Shown here piece after piece: positions 44,895 to 53,968 of a DNA stretch of 64,000 bases. The position numbers and the translations under genes are program-made. The stretch's first letter is position 1. Every line of letters begins with the position of its first letter. The stretch covers positions 532 through 64,531 of the forward strand of contig JBBRPI010000017.1 of the NCBI GenBank assembly GCA_038228305.1. The letters are read 5' to 3'. This DNA comes from Sphingomonadales bacterium. Its GTDB lineage: Bacteria > Pseudomonadota > Alphaproteobacteria > Sphingomonadales > Sphingomonadaceae. Under the pieces are notes generated by a model. That model did not search any database and was not told the origin of the DNA. It worked only from the letters and a program-made list of their open reading frames with translations.

Positions 44895-45203
44895 ATGATC
44901 AAAACCATCGCATTTGCCGCCATTGCCGCTATCGCCGCCACGGTCGCCGTTCCCGCCGCCGCCGGGCCGGGGCTTATTTTGCAGGGTGTGGAGATGAACG
45001 GTCTGCAGCTTAACGGTCTGCGGCTTAACGGTCTGACGTTCAACGGCCTCAAGTTCAATGGCCTCAAGTTCAACGGTTTCAAAATGAACGGCCTCGTGTT
45101 CAACGGTTTCAATCTGAACGGCATCGATTCGGGCGCCGCGCAGGCCGGCTTCCGCGTCCAGCAGGTGACACTGGCCAATGGTGAAACCATCGTCGTAAAG
45201 TAA
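44895..45203 (+). CDS. Small secreted protein with nine NG-x-x-x pentapeptide repeats
   Basis: AGGGA RBS; signal peptide ending PAAA; NGLQL NGLRL NGLTF NGLKF NGLKF NGFKM NGLVF NGFNL NGIDS. Confidence 0.88.
   Translation: MIKTIAFAAIAAIAATVAVPAAAGPGLILQGVEMNGLQLNGLRLNGLTFNGLKFNGLKFNGFKMNGLVFNGFNLNGIDSGAAQAGFRVQQVTLANGETIVVK
44997..45131 (+). repeat. In-frame 15-bp tandem repeat (9 units)
   Basis: AA(C/T)GG(T/C) recurs every 15 nt and encodes the NG pentapeptides. Confidence 0.9.
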
Positions 45204-45224
45204 GGCGCACTGCCACCAGGCACC

Positions 45225-45259
45225 GGCCCCGGGCGTGCACCGCCCGGGGCCTTTGCGTT
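45225..45259 (+). terminator. Internal terminator/attenuator-like hairpin
   Basis: GGCCCCGGGCG-TGCAC-CGCCCGGGGCC followed by TTTGCGTT, between the repeat gene and the ADYC gene. Confidence 0.65.
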
Positions 45260-45273
45260 TGAAAGGATCGGCC

Positions 45274-46059
45274 ATGTTCCGCCTGCTTGCCGCCCTGCTG
45301 ATCGCCCTATTCGCGACGTCAGCAATGGCCGCGCCTGCCAGCCTTGGCGTTTCCGGCACGCGCTTCGTGCTCGATACCGGCGATGGCCGCAGCCTTGATT
45401 CGGCGGCGCTGATCGGCGCCGTATTCGATATGGTGACCCCCGAAGGCATCAATGCCAAGGTCCGCATCGATGGCATCCGTGCCGCGGCCGAAGCATCCGA
45501 CGTAACACTGCACAATCTCAGCGTCGAAAGCGCGCCGGGCATATGGTCGCCGTTGTGCGCCGCCGATGCCAAGGGCCGCAGAGCTGCCTTTCCAATGCGC
45601 GGCCGCTGGAACGGCGGCCATTTTGTCGCCGATGCCGGGGCCTGGTTCCTGACCTGCACATCGGGATCGCAGGCCAAATGCCGGCTTTGGGGCTTTGATC
45701 CCTGGGGTTCCGACCCCAACCGGTCACCGCTGCGACCGCTCTACGAGGCGTGCCAGCACATGGTGCGCGCCGATTATGATGGCAGTGGCGTCGCCCATAC
45801 CCGCGATGGCACCACCATCGACGGCTGGGGCGATATCGGCAGCGAACGGCCCGAAAGCCTGAATGATCCGCTGTTCGCCTTTGAGGCAGGATGGGGGCCG
45901 AATGGCGCCGTCTGCGTCGCCCGTACCCGCTGGCCGGAACTGCTGCCGACCAGCGTGCTGCTCGCCAGCCGGCCGCACCTGCGCGGCAACCCCTGCGATG
46001 AGGCCGAGGCGAGGCGGCGCGGCGCAGTGCTGTTCAACCGATCAAAGCTGAGACCCTGA
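45274..46059 (+). CDS. Secreted ADYC-domain protein (motif reads ADYD here)
   Basis: GAAAGGA RBS; signal peptide; WFLTCTSGSQAKC..WG..PW, ACQHMVRADYDGSG..HTRDGT.ID, FEAGW...GAVC. Confidence 0.82.
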   Translation: MFRLLAALLIALFATSAMAAPASLGVSGTRFVLDTGDGRSLDSAALIGAVFDMVTPEGINAKVRIDGIRAAAEASDVTLHNLSVESAPGIWSPLCAADAKGRRAAFPMRGRWNGGHFVADAGAWFLTCTSGSQAKCRLWGFDPWGSDPNRSPLRPLYEACQHMVRADYDGSGVAHTRDGTTIDGWGDIGSERPESLNDPLFAFEAGWGPNGAVCVARTRWPELLPTSVLLASRPHLRGNPCDEAEARRRGAVLFNRSKLRP

Positions 46060-46352
46060 GGCGGGCCGCCAGAACAGAACAGCAATTGCCTGTCATACCG
46101 GCTGCGCGGCCGCGGCTGAATTGGCCGGCCGGGCAATGTTTCCGCTGCCACCGTTCATGCGACGGTTACAATTTTGGACGGGATGGCGGCATCCAAGTGG
46201 GTGCGGGTTGCCTTGTGCATTGGCGGCATCGCCGAAGCTCGCACCTTGGCCGATCATGTCATCGACAATTGGCGTTCGCGGGTTTCCGCCGGACGCAACA
46301 ATGGGGGGACAGGGGATCACCGGCAGAATTGCGCGGCACGGATTATCGTCGG

Positions 46353-46850
46353 TTACGGCAACGTCCGCAGCTGCGACAGAACCGCGAGCCGGACCCTGAG
46401 TGCGGCTGCCGCCGCAAGCGCTGATTCCGCGCCGGCCTTGCCTGCCAGATCGTCTTCGATGCGATCCAGCGCGCTGTCTTGCTCGGCGAGAGGCAGAAAC
46501 AGCGATTCATAGCGGCTGCGCTGCACTTCGGCCTCGGCACCTTCGGGGGCCGCCATGGCAATGTTGCGCTGGGCAGGCACCTGTCGTTCGACGGTGGCGA
46601 TCGCCTGATCGACACGACTGAGCCGTTGCGCGATATCAGCGGAAACGGGCGGCGGACTGTCCGGCACTGCTGCCTTGGCGGCTGCTAACACATCCTGCCC
46701 GCAGCCGGCACAGGTTGGCGCCAAGGGTTGCCCCAGCGATGACCCTTGTTCCCCCGGCCGCGTCGCCAGGCTGGGCCAATTGCCGCCGCGATCCAGGCCG
46801 GAACAGCCGGTGACGACCAACAACAGGGCCAGATGTGCACGCAGGTTCAT
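46353..46850 (-). CDS. Putative lipoprotein
   Basis: Lipobox-like VVTGC; WPSLATRPGE; helical Ala-rich C-terminus. Confidence 0.75.
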   Translation of the reverse strand: MNLRAHLALLLVVTGCSGLDRGGNWPSLATRPGEQGSSLGQPLAPTCAGCGQDVLAAAKAAVPDSPPPVSADIAQRLSRVDQAIATVERQVPAQRNIAMAAPEGAEAEVQRSRYESLFLPLAEQDSALDRIEDDLAGKAGAESALAAAAALRVRLAVLSQLRTLP

Positions 46851-46931
46851 GCCACCGTTGCTAGGCCGGGGGACAATTTCTGACAAGCTGTTGCCATTCG
46901 CCGCTGGCTCGCCTATTCAGCGCCTCCCAAT

Positions 46932-47008
46932 GCGCCCGTAGCTCAGCTGGATAGAGCATCAGACTACGAATCTGAGGGTCGGACGTTCGAATCGTTCCGG
47001 GCGCACCA
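46932..47008 (+). tRNA. tRNA-Arg(ACG)
   Basis: 77-nt cloverleaf: GCGCCCG acceptor stem, D arm AGCTGGATA, anticodon stem TCAGA-CTACGAA-TCTGA, TTCGAAT T loop, encoded CCA. Confidence 0.98.
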
Positions 47009-47049
47009 AATTTCTTGTTCAGCGCTATCGGCGTGATGCGCCAGGGCGC

Positions 47050-47594
47050 TTAGTGTCTGATCCAGAACTCCGCTGGACCGACTTTGGCTGTGTGCTTGCG
47101 GACGCCGGCTATGGGATGAGCGGCCGCTTCCGGCGGGCCATCGGCGACGCGCACGACAAGGACGGCCAGCATCTGCCCGGCGAGGCGGTCTGGGTTGTTG
47201 GCGAGCATCGCTCGACCGGCGAGCGCAAATACTACCTGTCCAACCTGCCCGCCGACACGCCGCTCAAGCAGCTGGCCGGTGCCATCAAGGCGCGTTGGGT
47301 CTGCGAGCAGGCGCATCAGCAATAAAAGGAAGAGCTCGGTCTCGACCATTGCGAGGGACGATTCTGGGCCGGGCTGCACCGACACGCTTTGATGTGCATG
47401 ATCGCACTGGCCTTCCTCCAGCCCCAGCGCCTCAAACAGGCGAGAGAGGGAAAAGCATCGCCGGGCCGCCGCCACAGCCGACGCTGCCGGCGATACGCCA
47501 GGCCATCCTCACCGCACTCGCAAGGCCGCCGCCTTCAAAGTGCCCGCACTGCCATAAACCGATACCGCCAAATGTTCTGCCAAAGTAGTGCTAG
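47050..47594 (+). mobile_element. Internally deleted IS701-family element (transposase pseudogene)
   Basis: ADAGYG, KYYLSNLP, RWVCEQAHQQ*KEELGLDH.EGR.W.GLHRH, then a frameshift to GPPPQPTLPAIR...CPHC; TAA at 47323; flanked by TTAG and CTAG. Confidence 0.9.
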
Positions 47595-48568
47595 TTCCCG
47601 ATCACCAGCACGGCAAAGCTGCCAGGCACCAACGGCGGCCGACCACCGCCGGCGGGCGCGGCGCCAAATGTTGCCGACGGCAGATACAGGTGTCCGGTCC
47701 GTTTATCGATCGCGATCGTTCGCGCGCTCACCTGCGTGCGCAATATCTGGATTATCTTTGCCTGCTTTCCGCCAAATGCGACTACCGCCAATGTCCCGTC
47801 GCGGCCGGCCGGGACAAAAGCCAGACTTCGGCCGGCATCATAGGCGACGCCGTCGGCGCCCTTGCCGGTCGGCAACACCTGAATGACCTTGCCGGTCGCG
47901 ACGTCGACGATGACCGATGTGCCGTCGCAAGCCGAAATCAATTGGCGGTCTGCGTTGACAAGGGCGATGCCCGTTGGCCCTTCACAACCCGCCAGCGGCC
48001 ATCGCGCGATGACCTGACGGCTGGGAATGTCGATAACAGCGATTTCGTTCTTGTCCTCCACATTCACATAGGCGCGATTACCAAGCACCGCTGCGGCCTC
48101 CATTTCGCCGCCAACGGTGATCGTTGCGACGACGGCATGTGTTCTGGGGTCGATCAGGGTCACGTCGCCACCAGCATGGTCCATCACCAGCACCAATCCC
48201 GATTTGGGATCATAGGTCGCAGCATCGGGACCTTTGCCGGTGGGCACTGTTGCCAACGTCTTGCCGGTCGCGGCGTCGGCAAAGACGGCGGTTTCGGTGC
48301 CGCCGTTGGTCACCAGAAGTTCGCCGGCGACCGGCAGCGCATCGTGCAGCCGAACCCCGGGGGCCAGGCCGGGCGTCACGGTTCGGGTCCCCAGATCGAT
48401 CGCCATCACCGAGCTGCCGCGCGCCACCAGCACCCGGTTGGCGCCGCCATCCACCCGGACATAATCCCAGCCGCCATCGGGACCGGGGATTCGGTCGACA
48501 ATCCGATAGGGCGGCGCGGCGGCAACTGGCAATGCCAGCAAGGCCGCCAGCAGAATGATGAACCGCAT
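47591..48568 (-). CDS. Secreted YncE/YVTN beta-propeller protein
   Basis: Signal peptide; GGWDYV, TGKGPDA..YD and TGKGADG..YD blade repeats; ARTIAID. Confidence 0.88.
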   Translation of the reverse strand: MRFIILLAALLALPVAAAPPYRIVDRIPGPDGGWDYVRVDGGANRVLVARGSSVMAIDLGTRTVTPGLAPGVRLHDALPVAGELLVTNGGTETAVFADAATGKTLATVPTGKGPDAATYDPKSGLVLVMDHAGGDVTLIDPRTHAVVATITVGGEMEAAAVLGNRAYVNVEDKNEIAVIDIPSRQVIARWPLAGCEGPTGIALVNADRQLISACDGTSVIVDVATGKVIQVLPTGKGADGVAYDAGRSLAFVPAGRDGTLAVVAFGGKQAKIIQILRTQVSARTIAIDKRTGHLYLPSATFGAAPAGGGRPPLVPGSFAVLVIGN

Positions 48569-48651
48569 CGAAACATTTCCTCAAAACATCGCCAGCGAGC
48601 GCGGCAGATAGCGTCGGCGCAAACTGGACCAAAGTCCATCGGCAGGCTTGA

Positions 48652-50037
48652 TCATCGCCGGTCTGGGTCGATCTTGGCGCGTTCACACTGCGAATGGCGG
48701 CCGTTTATCGCGCAGCGGTTGACAATTCGGCCATCGCGGTCGTGCACCAGCACGCGCCATTTGCGGCTGCCGCTGCGTTCCATCGTCATAAACCCGAATC
48801 CGCCGGTCCAGCTGCTAAAGGCGTCGACCCGGGCATCAGGTGCCGGCTCGGTGCCTTGGGGAATTGTTGCTGGCATCGGCACTTCATTTTCCTGCGTTCC
48901 CGAAAATCCGGTGATGAACTGGCCGGGGTTATCGCTGGCAAAGCTGACCTGCTGCCAAAGATGGACATGGCCGGCGAGCAGCATTTCGATGCCTGGCGGC
49001 GCCATTCGTGGGCCAAAGCCAGCAAACACCGATTGGATCGCGGCGTTGCCCGGCTTTAGCACTGGCGGATTGCTGTCGTATTCGCCAGCAAAACCTAGAA
49101 TTGGATAATGACCAACGGCAAATGCATAGCGGGCACTGGCGCTGAGTTCGGCAACGCGCGCATAAGTGCGCCGCAGCGCTGCCGCCCGCCAATCATCAGC
49201 CTGCAGCGGTTTCGCACCCACTGCCGCCATGTCCATCATGATCACCCGGCCGCCATTGCCAAGATCGATCGCCCACGGATTGCTGGCATTCCCCATTCGG
49301 TCGTTTGCCGGATCATTGCAATCCTGGCCTTGGGCGCGTGGCCGGCTGTCGAGAAGCCGCCACCAGCCCTGGCCGGCGCGGTCGCAATTTTCATGATTGC
49401 CACGCGCCGCTGCCAAGGGAGCCGCAGCGAGCAGAGGTGAGGCTGGCGTGAAGAAATCCGCCGCCCAGGCATCCCAACCATAGCCCCATGGGCTGCCGGC
49501 ACATCCGGAATTGCCTGCCGGGCAGGGATTTTCGCGATAATGATAATCACCGACATGGATGACCAGGTCGGGTTTCCAGGCGGCTGCGCTGGCGGCGATC
49601 CGCGCAAAGGGAAATGTCGCGGGATCGTTACAGGCCTGCCAGGCAGCATCGGCGGCCTTTAGCCGGCAGCCGGTATCGCCGATGACCACGATGCGGCGGA
49701 TAACGCGTTTCGGCACTGACAGCTGTTGGCCCATCACGCTGACGCGGCGGGTGCCGGGTGCAATTCGGGTTTCGCAGACATTGAACGGAAACGCTGACGG
49801 TTTTGAAAGTGCCGCTGACGAGGCTGTCTGGCGCTGTGGCAAGGTTTCGGCGGCAAAGCGCAGCGTCATCGGTCGTTGCCGTCCATCGACGGTAGCCGAT
49901 GGACAGCCCGGCACCGCCGTGACCAGGCGCACGACCGCATCCCCGTCACCGGCCAGCACATAAGCGATATCGCTGGCCCCAGCCGCAGCCGGGAGGACCA
50001 GCAGGCCAAGGGCCAGCAACAAAAGCACGCGGGTCAT
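48652..50037 (-). CDS. Secreted calcineurin-like metallophosphoesterase
   Basis: Signal peptide; IGDTG, HVGDYHY, RGNHE, VGHYP, AGHVH metal-binding motifs. Confidence 0.9.
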   Translation of the reverse strand: MTRVLLLLALGLLVLPAAAGASDIAYVLAGDGDAVVRLVTAVPGCPSATVDGRQRPMTLRFAAETLPQRQTASSAALSKPSAFPFNVCETRIAPGTRRVSVMGQQLSVPKRVIRRIVVIGDTGCRLKAADAAWQACNDPATFPFARIAASAAAWKPDLVIHVGDYHYRENPCPAGNSGCAGSPWGYGWDAWAADFFTPASPLLAAAPLAAARGNHENCDRAGQGWWRLLDSRPRAQGQDCNDPANDRMGNASNPWAIDLGNGGRVIMMDMAAVGAKPLQADDWRAAALRRTYARVAELSASARYAFAVGHYPILGFAGEYDSNPPVLKPGNAAIQSVFAGFGPRMAPPGIEMLLAGHVHLWQQVSFASDNPGQFITGFSGTQENEVPMPATIPQGTEPAPDARVDAFSSWTGGFGFMTMERSGSRKWRVLVHDRDGRIVNRCAINGRHSQCERAKIDPDRR

Positions 50038-50051
50038 CGCCGGTGTGCCGT

Positions 50052-52319
50052 TCAGAACCGCAGGATGCCGGTCGCCTGAACACTTCGTCCGGGATTGAAG
50101 AAGTATTGGTTTCCGCCCGAAATGTTGGTCACCGACCGGTCGTTGAAGACATTGTAAACCGCGACACGAACCGCAACCTGGCCAAAACCGGCCTCGGCTG
50201 AAGCGATGCCGATGCTGTAGGCGCCGACCGGCAAGGTTTCATTGGCGCCGGTGAATTGCTTGCCGGTGAATTTCTGGACAAAACTGAGCTTGAACCGACC
50301 GGCATTGAACAGTGCACCCGCCAGCGCGGTGTATTCCGGTGCGCCCGGAACCCGAAAGCCGGTGACATCATCCTTTGACGAATTCACCGATCCATTGGCC
50401 AGCAGTGTGAAGTGCGAGAATGGCACAAAGCTGATTTGGCCTTCAAGCCCCTTGTAGGTCGAAGGGTGGCCGGTGTTGCTGCACTGTGCATTGGCGGGAC
50501 CAGTGCAGATGATCGTATTCGACAATTTTATCAGGTAAGCATCGACATCGATGTTCAGGCGATCACCGGCATAGACCGTGCCAACCTGATAGTTGGTCGT
50601 CGTCGTTGGATCCGGAATCAGCGGCGCTGTCGTTGACACTTCAAGGTTAGCTAGCGCCGGGATCAGGAAGCCCTTGGCATATTGGCCATAGATCGCCCAA
50701 TTGCCGTGCAGTCGATAATTCGCCGTCAGGAACGGCAGCGTCTTTTGGAAATTGGCCTCGCTGGCGGTGCCGAAACGGGCCTTTTGGGTGGCGATCGGTG
50801 ACAGGATATTGCGGCTGAAGTTCACATGTTTCACGCCTGGAGTGATCGTCAGGCCGTCCAACGGTTTCCAGTCAAACTGGGCGAAATACTGCTGTTGATA
50901 CCAGCTGGAACTTTCATCAAACTGGATGTTCTGTGGCACAGGTTGGCCATTCAATTGCAGCAATGGGCCGGTGACGGCTGTACCGTCCGGATTGACGCCA
51001 ATCTGCCCGGTGGTTTTTTGGTCATAATTATCGACTTGGGTGACGATTTCGCCATTGTTGAACGTGCTGCGGGTCATATCCAAGTCATACCGGAAACGGT
51101 GGGTATCGGAAAATTCCAGCCAGGCGCCAACCGTCAATTCGCCGAATCCGGTGTCATACTTTCCCTGCAATATGTCGCCATAGACGCGATATTGGTTCAG
51201 CTTGATATAGCCGGGAATGTCGCCCTTTATCGCGGTCGGTTTGCCATTGATCAGCGGGCTGGCGGATTGGCCGGCGCCGGGGGTGGTGATATCGGACGCC
51301 GACACCGTGTAGTTCTTGTAGAAATAGGTATAGGCCTTGTTATCGATCGAAAAACGATCGGTCAGCGGGACTTGCAGGCGGACAATCTCAAAATCTGCGC
51401 GTTTCTTGGTGAAATTCCAGTCGGCGCGGCTCTGGAAATAGGGATTGCTGGCAAAATCGGCATCGTTCACGCTGCTCAACGCGAAACCCTTGCCATAGCG
51501 TGCGACCTGATCAAGCGTCGCGCCATTATTGTCGGATTGGTTAAAGGCGTTGTTGTTGTACGATGCGACAATCGACAGCGTTCCCCGGCCGATCGGCACG
51601 ATCACCTTGCCAAACAGATTGTCGGCCTTCAGCGGGGAATTGCTCAACGCGCCATTGGTTTTCTTGTGCTCCCCGACAAACACCGCCTTGATGCCGGTTG
51701 ATCCGATTTCGCCGGTTTGCAGGGTGCCGCGATAAAGCTGTGTATTGAATGTGCCATAGCTGCCTTCCAAACTGCCACCGAACTTGTCGTTCACCGTGCG
51801 GGTGTAAATATTGATATTGCCGCCGAAATTGGCCTGACCCAATTGGCTGGCATTGCCGGGGCCGCGATCAACGACGATTTGTTCATAGGTGCCATTGGGG
51901 AAATAGCTGGTGGAATGATGGGTGGGATCATTGGTGTCGCCAAATGGGACACCATCAATGGTCATATTGTAATTGCCATCCTTGAACCCGCGCAGGTTGA
52001 TCTTTGATTCCGACAGGCCTGGGCCATTGCCGTTTGTGGTCTGCGACGCACCTGGCGTCAGCAGGATAACGTCGTTGAAGTCGGATGTTGCAAGGACGAC
52101 ATTGGCGATCACCGACCGGTTGATGATCGATTGCGGCTGCGTCGCTGCTATCGAAGACGTGATCGGCGTCTGTTCATTGACCTTGCTGGCGGTGACAACA
52201 ATCACGTCGCTGTCGGCGGCCGCCTCTGCCGCCTCTGCGGCCATCGGCAAGCAGGCGACGATCAGCGCGGCCAGCGAGGTGCAGGTCTGGAACGTGATGT
52301 GCAGCGGCGATGTGGTCAT
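50052..52319 (-). CDS. TonB-dependent receptor
   Basis: Signal peptide, DVIVVTA, plug domain (NLRGF, IDGVP, RGPG), barrel strands, C-terminal Phe. Confidence 0.92.
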   Translation of the reverse strand: MTTSPLHITFQTCTSLAALIVACLPMAAEAAEAAADSDVIVVTASKVNEQTPITSSIAATQPQSIINRSVIANVVLATSDFNDVILLTPGASQTTNGNGPGLSESKINLRGFKDGNYNMTIDGVPFGDTNDPTHHSTSYFPNGTYEQIVVDRGPGNASQLGQANFGGNINIYTRTVNDKFGGSLEGSYGTFNTQLYRGTLQTGEIGSTGIKAVFVGEHKKTNGALSNSPLKADNLFGKVIVPIGRGTLSIVASYNNNAFNQSDNNGATLDQVARYGKGFALSSVNDADFASNPYFQSRADWNFTKKRADFEIVRLQVPLTDRFSIDNKAYTYFYKNYTVSASDITTPGAGQSASPLINGKPTAIKGDIPGYIKLNQYRVYGDILQGKYDTGFGELTVGAWLEFSDTHRFRYDLDMTRSTFNNGEIVTQVDNYDQKTTGQIGVNPDGTAVTGPLLQLNGQPVPQNIQFDESSSWYQQQYFAQFDWKPLDGLTITPGVKHVNFSRNILSPIATQKARFGTASEANFQKTLPFLTANYRLHGNWAIYGQYAKGFLIPALANLEVSTTAPLIPDPTTTTNYQVGTVYAGDRLNIDVDAYLIKLSNTIICTGPANAQCSNTGHPSTYKGLEGQISFVPFSHFTLLANGSVNSSKDDVTGFRVPGAPEYTALAGALFNAGRFKLSFVQKFTGKQFTGANETLPVGAYSIGIASAEAGFGQVAVRVAVYNVFNDRSVTNISGGNQYFFNPGRSVQATGILRF

Positions 52320-52380
52320 GGTGGGGTCCCCGGTTGACGCTGTGCCCGGCCGGGCCGGGACAGCAGAAGTGGAACCTTTT

Positions 52381-52430
52381 GTGGCGTCTGGGTGACGGTT
52401 GCGTGCCGTTTGGGTTGCAGTTCGGTGACA
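52381..52430 (-). promoter_or_regulatory. Pho-box-like array of five 11-bp-phased direct repeats
   Basis: Minus-strand hexamers TGTCAC, TGCAAC, CGGCAC, CGTCAC and CGCCAC at exact 11-bp spacing, 62-111 nt upstream of the TBDR start. Confidence 0.68.
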
Positions 52431-52576
52431 TTGCTGGAGATTGGGAAATCACAATGTTTGGCACCGGGCAGAACATGAGAAAAGCGTAATGTCTTGCCAG
52501 CACGAAGCCATGTGAACCCTAATGTTGCCGATCGACAATATGCACGAACCGTCGGCAGCGTGCATCTGACACGGCG

Positions 52577-53968
52577 ATGCGTGCGGTTCCCTATCTTTTG
52601 GTCATGGTCATGGTCTTGCTCGCGGGTTGCGCGCGCTATGCCGCTTTGCCGATTGCGCCCGCCAATATCGCCGTGCGGCGGGCGGCGTTGCGGCTCGATC
52701 CAGTGCTGGCAGCGCCGGTGCTGGCCCGAATCGCTCCGGGCGCCGTCATCGCCGGTGACAGCTGGGATCGGCTGACTTTGTTTGCCGCCATGCTGGCTGG
52801 CAACCCTGATATTGCCGCGGCGCGTGCCGCCATCGATACCGCCCGTGCCGCCCGCCGCGTCGCCGCAGCCAGGCCTGGCCCTATGCTGACCCTGGCCAGC
52901 GAATATGCGGGCAAGGCCCCCGAAGCCTCGCCATGGTTGTTCGGCGGTGCGCTGGATGTTTCGATCGATGCCGGGGGCCGCCGGGCCAGCCGGCTGGCGA
53001 TCGCCGATCTTGGCCTGATTGCTGCGCGCTATGACTACGCCGAAACAGTCTGGACGGTGCGGATGGCGCTGCGCCGCGCGCTCGCCGACCGGCTGCTTGG
53101 CGAGGGCCGGTTGGGCGTGGCAAGTGATATCGTTGCCGTGCGCCAACGCCAGTTTGATGCTGTCGCGCGCCGGGTTGCGGCAGGGGCTGCATCGCGCGCC
53201 GATCTGGAACGGGTGCGCGCCGATACCGCTGATGCGCTGCGCCGCCAGGCCGAGGCGCGATTGGCGATCGCCACCGGTAATGCCGGGATCGCTGCGGCAC
53301 TAGGCGTGCCGGCAGCCGATGTTGCGGCCAGCAATATCGGCTGGGATGATTTGATGCTGCGGGCGGCGCAACCGATTGTCGATGCGGCCGCGCGAGCGGG
53401 GGCAATCACCGCGCGCGCCGATGTGCTGAAATCCGCAACGCGATATGATCAGGCCGAGGCTGAACTGCGCGGCGAGATCGCCCGGCAATATCCGGCGATC
53501 AGCATTGGTCCCGGCTATACCTGGGAACGCGGCCTGGTGAAGATCCCGATCAATCTGGCGCTGGTGTTGCCGCCGCTTGATGGCAATCGTGGTGCCATTG
53601 CCGCAGCGCAAGCGCGCCGCAGAGAAGCCGGAGCCCAGCTGGAGGCAAGTGTCGCCGCCGCACAGACCGCAATCGATCAGGCGCTGGCAGCGACGCGGCT
53701 GGCTCGCGCCGCGCTCGCCAAGGTGAGGCAGGCGGAGCTGCCGGCAGCGCGGCGACTGGCCATCCAGGCCGATCGTGAACTGCAGGCCGGGGTGATCGAC
53801 CGCAGTGACTGGGCCGCTGCCCAGGCAGGGGCGCGGCTGGCCCGGCTGTCGGAATATGACGCGCTGGCCGCAGTACAGGCCGCCGATGCCGATCTGGAGG
53901 CAGCGCTGCGACGGCCACTGGGCGGCCCGGAAATGGCCATAACCGGCGGATTGGAGGCGTTGAAATGA
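52577..53968 (+). CDS. TolC-family outer membrane factor
   Basis: Lipobox LLAGC; NPDIAAARA, QYPAISIGPGY, N.G.I..A.A OEP repeats. Confidence 0.9.
   Translation: MRAVPYLLVMVMVLLAGCARYAALPIAPANIAVRRAALRLDPVLAAPVLARIAPGAVIAGDSWDRLTLFAAMLAGNPDIAAARAAIDTARAARRVAAARPGPMLTLASEYAGKAPEASPWLFGGALDVSIDAGGRRASRLAIADLGLIAARYDYAETVWTVRMALRRALADRLLGEGRLGVASDIVAVRQRQFDAVARRVAAGAASRADLERVRADTADALRRQAEARLAIATGNAGIAAALGVPAADVAASNIGWDDLMLRAAQPIVDAAARAGAITARADVLKSATRYDQAEAELRGEIARQYPAISIGPGYTWERGLVKIPINLALVLPPLDGNRGAIAAAQARRREAGAQLEASVAAAQTAIDQALAATRLARAALAKVRQAELPAARRLAIQADRELQAGVIDRSDWAAAQAGARLARLSEYDALAAVQAADADLEAALRRPLGGPEMAITGGLEALK

Noticed and set aside
44997-45131. Tandem repeat considered as a CRISPR array or non-coding VNTR
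   Set aside because: 15-bp units without spacers, in frame, with synonymous variation; it is a coding repeat. No cas genes or CRISPR array were seen in the window.
46093-46320. 75-aa ORF between the ADYC gene and the lipoprotein gene
   Set aside because: No RBS or motif recognised; competing frames are equally plausible.
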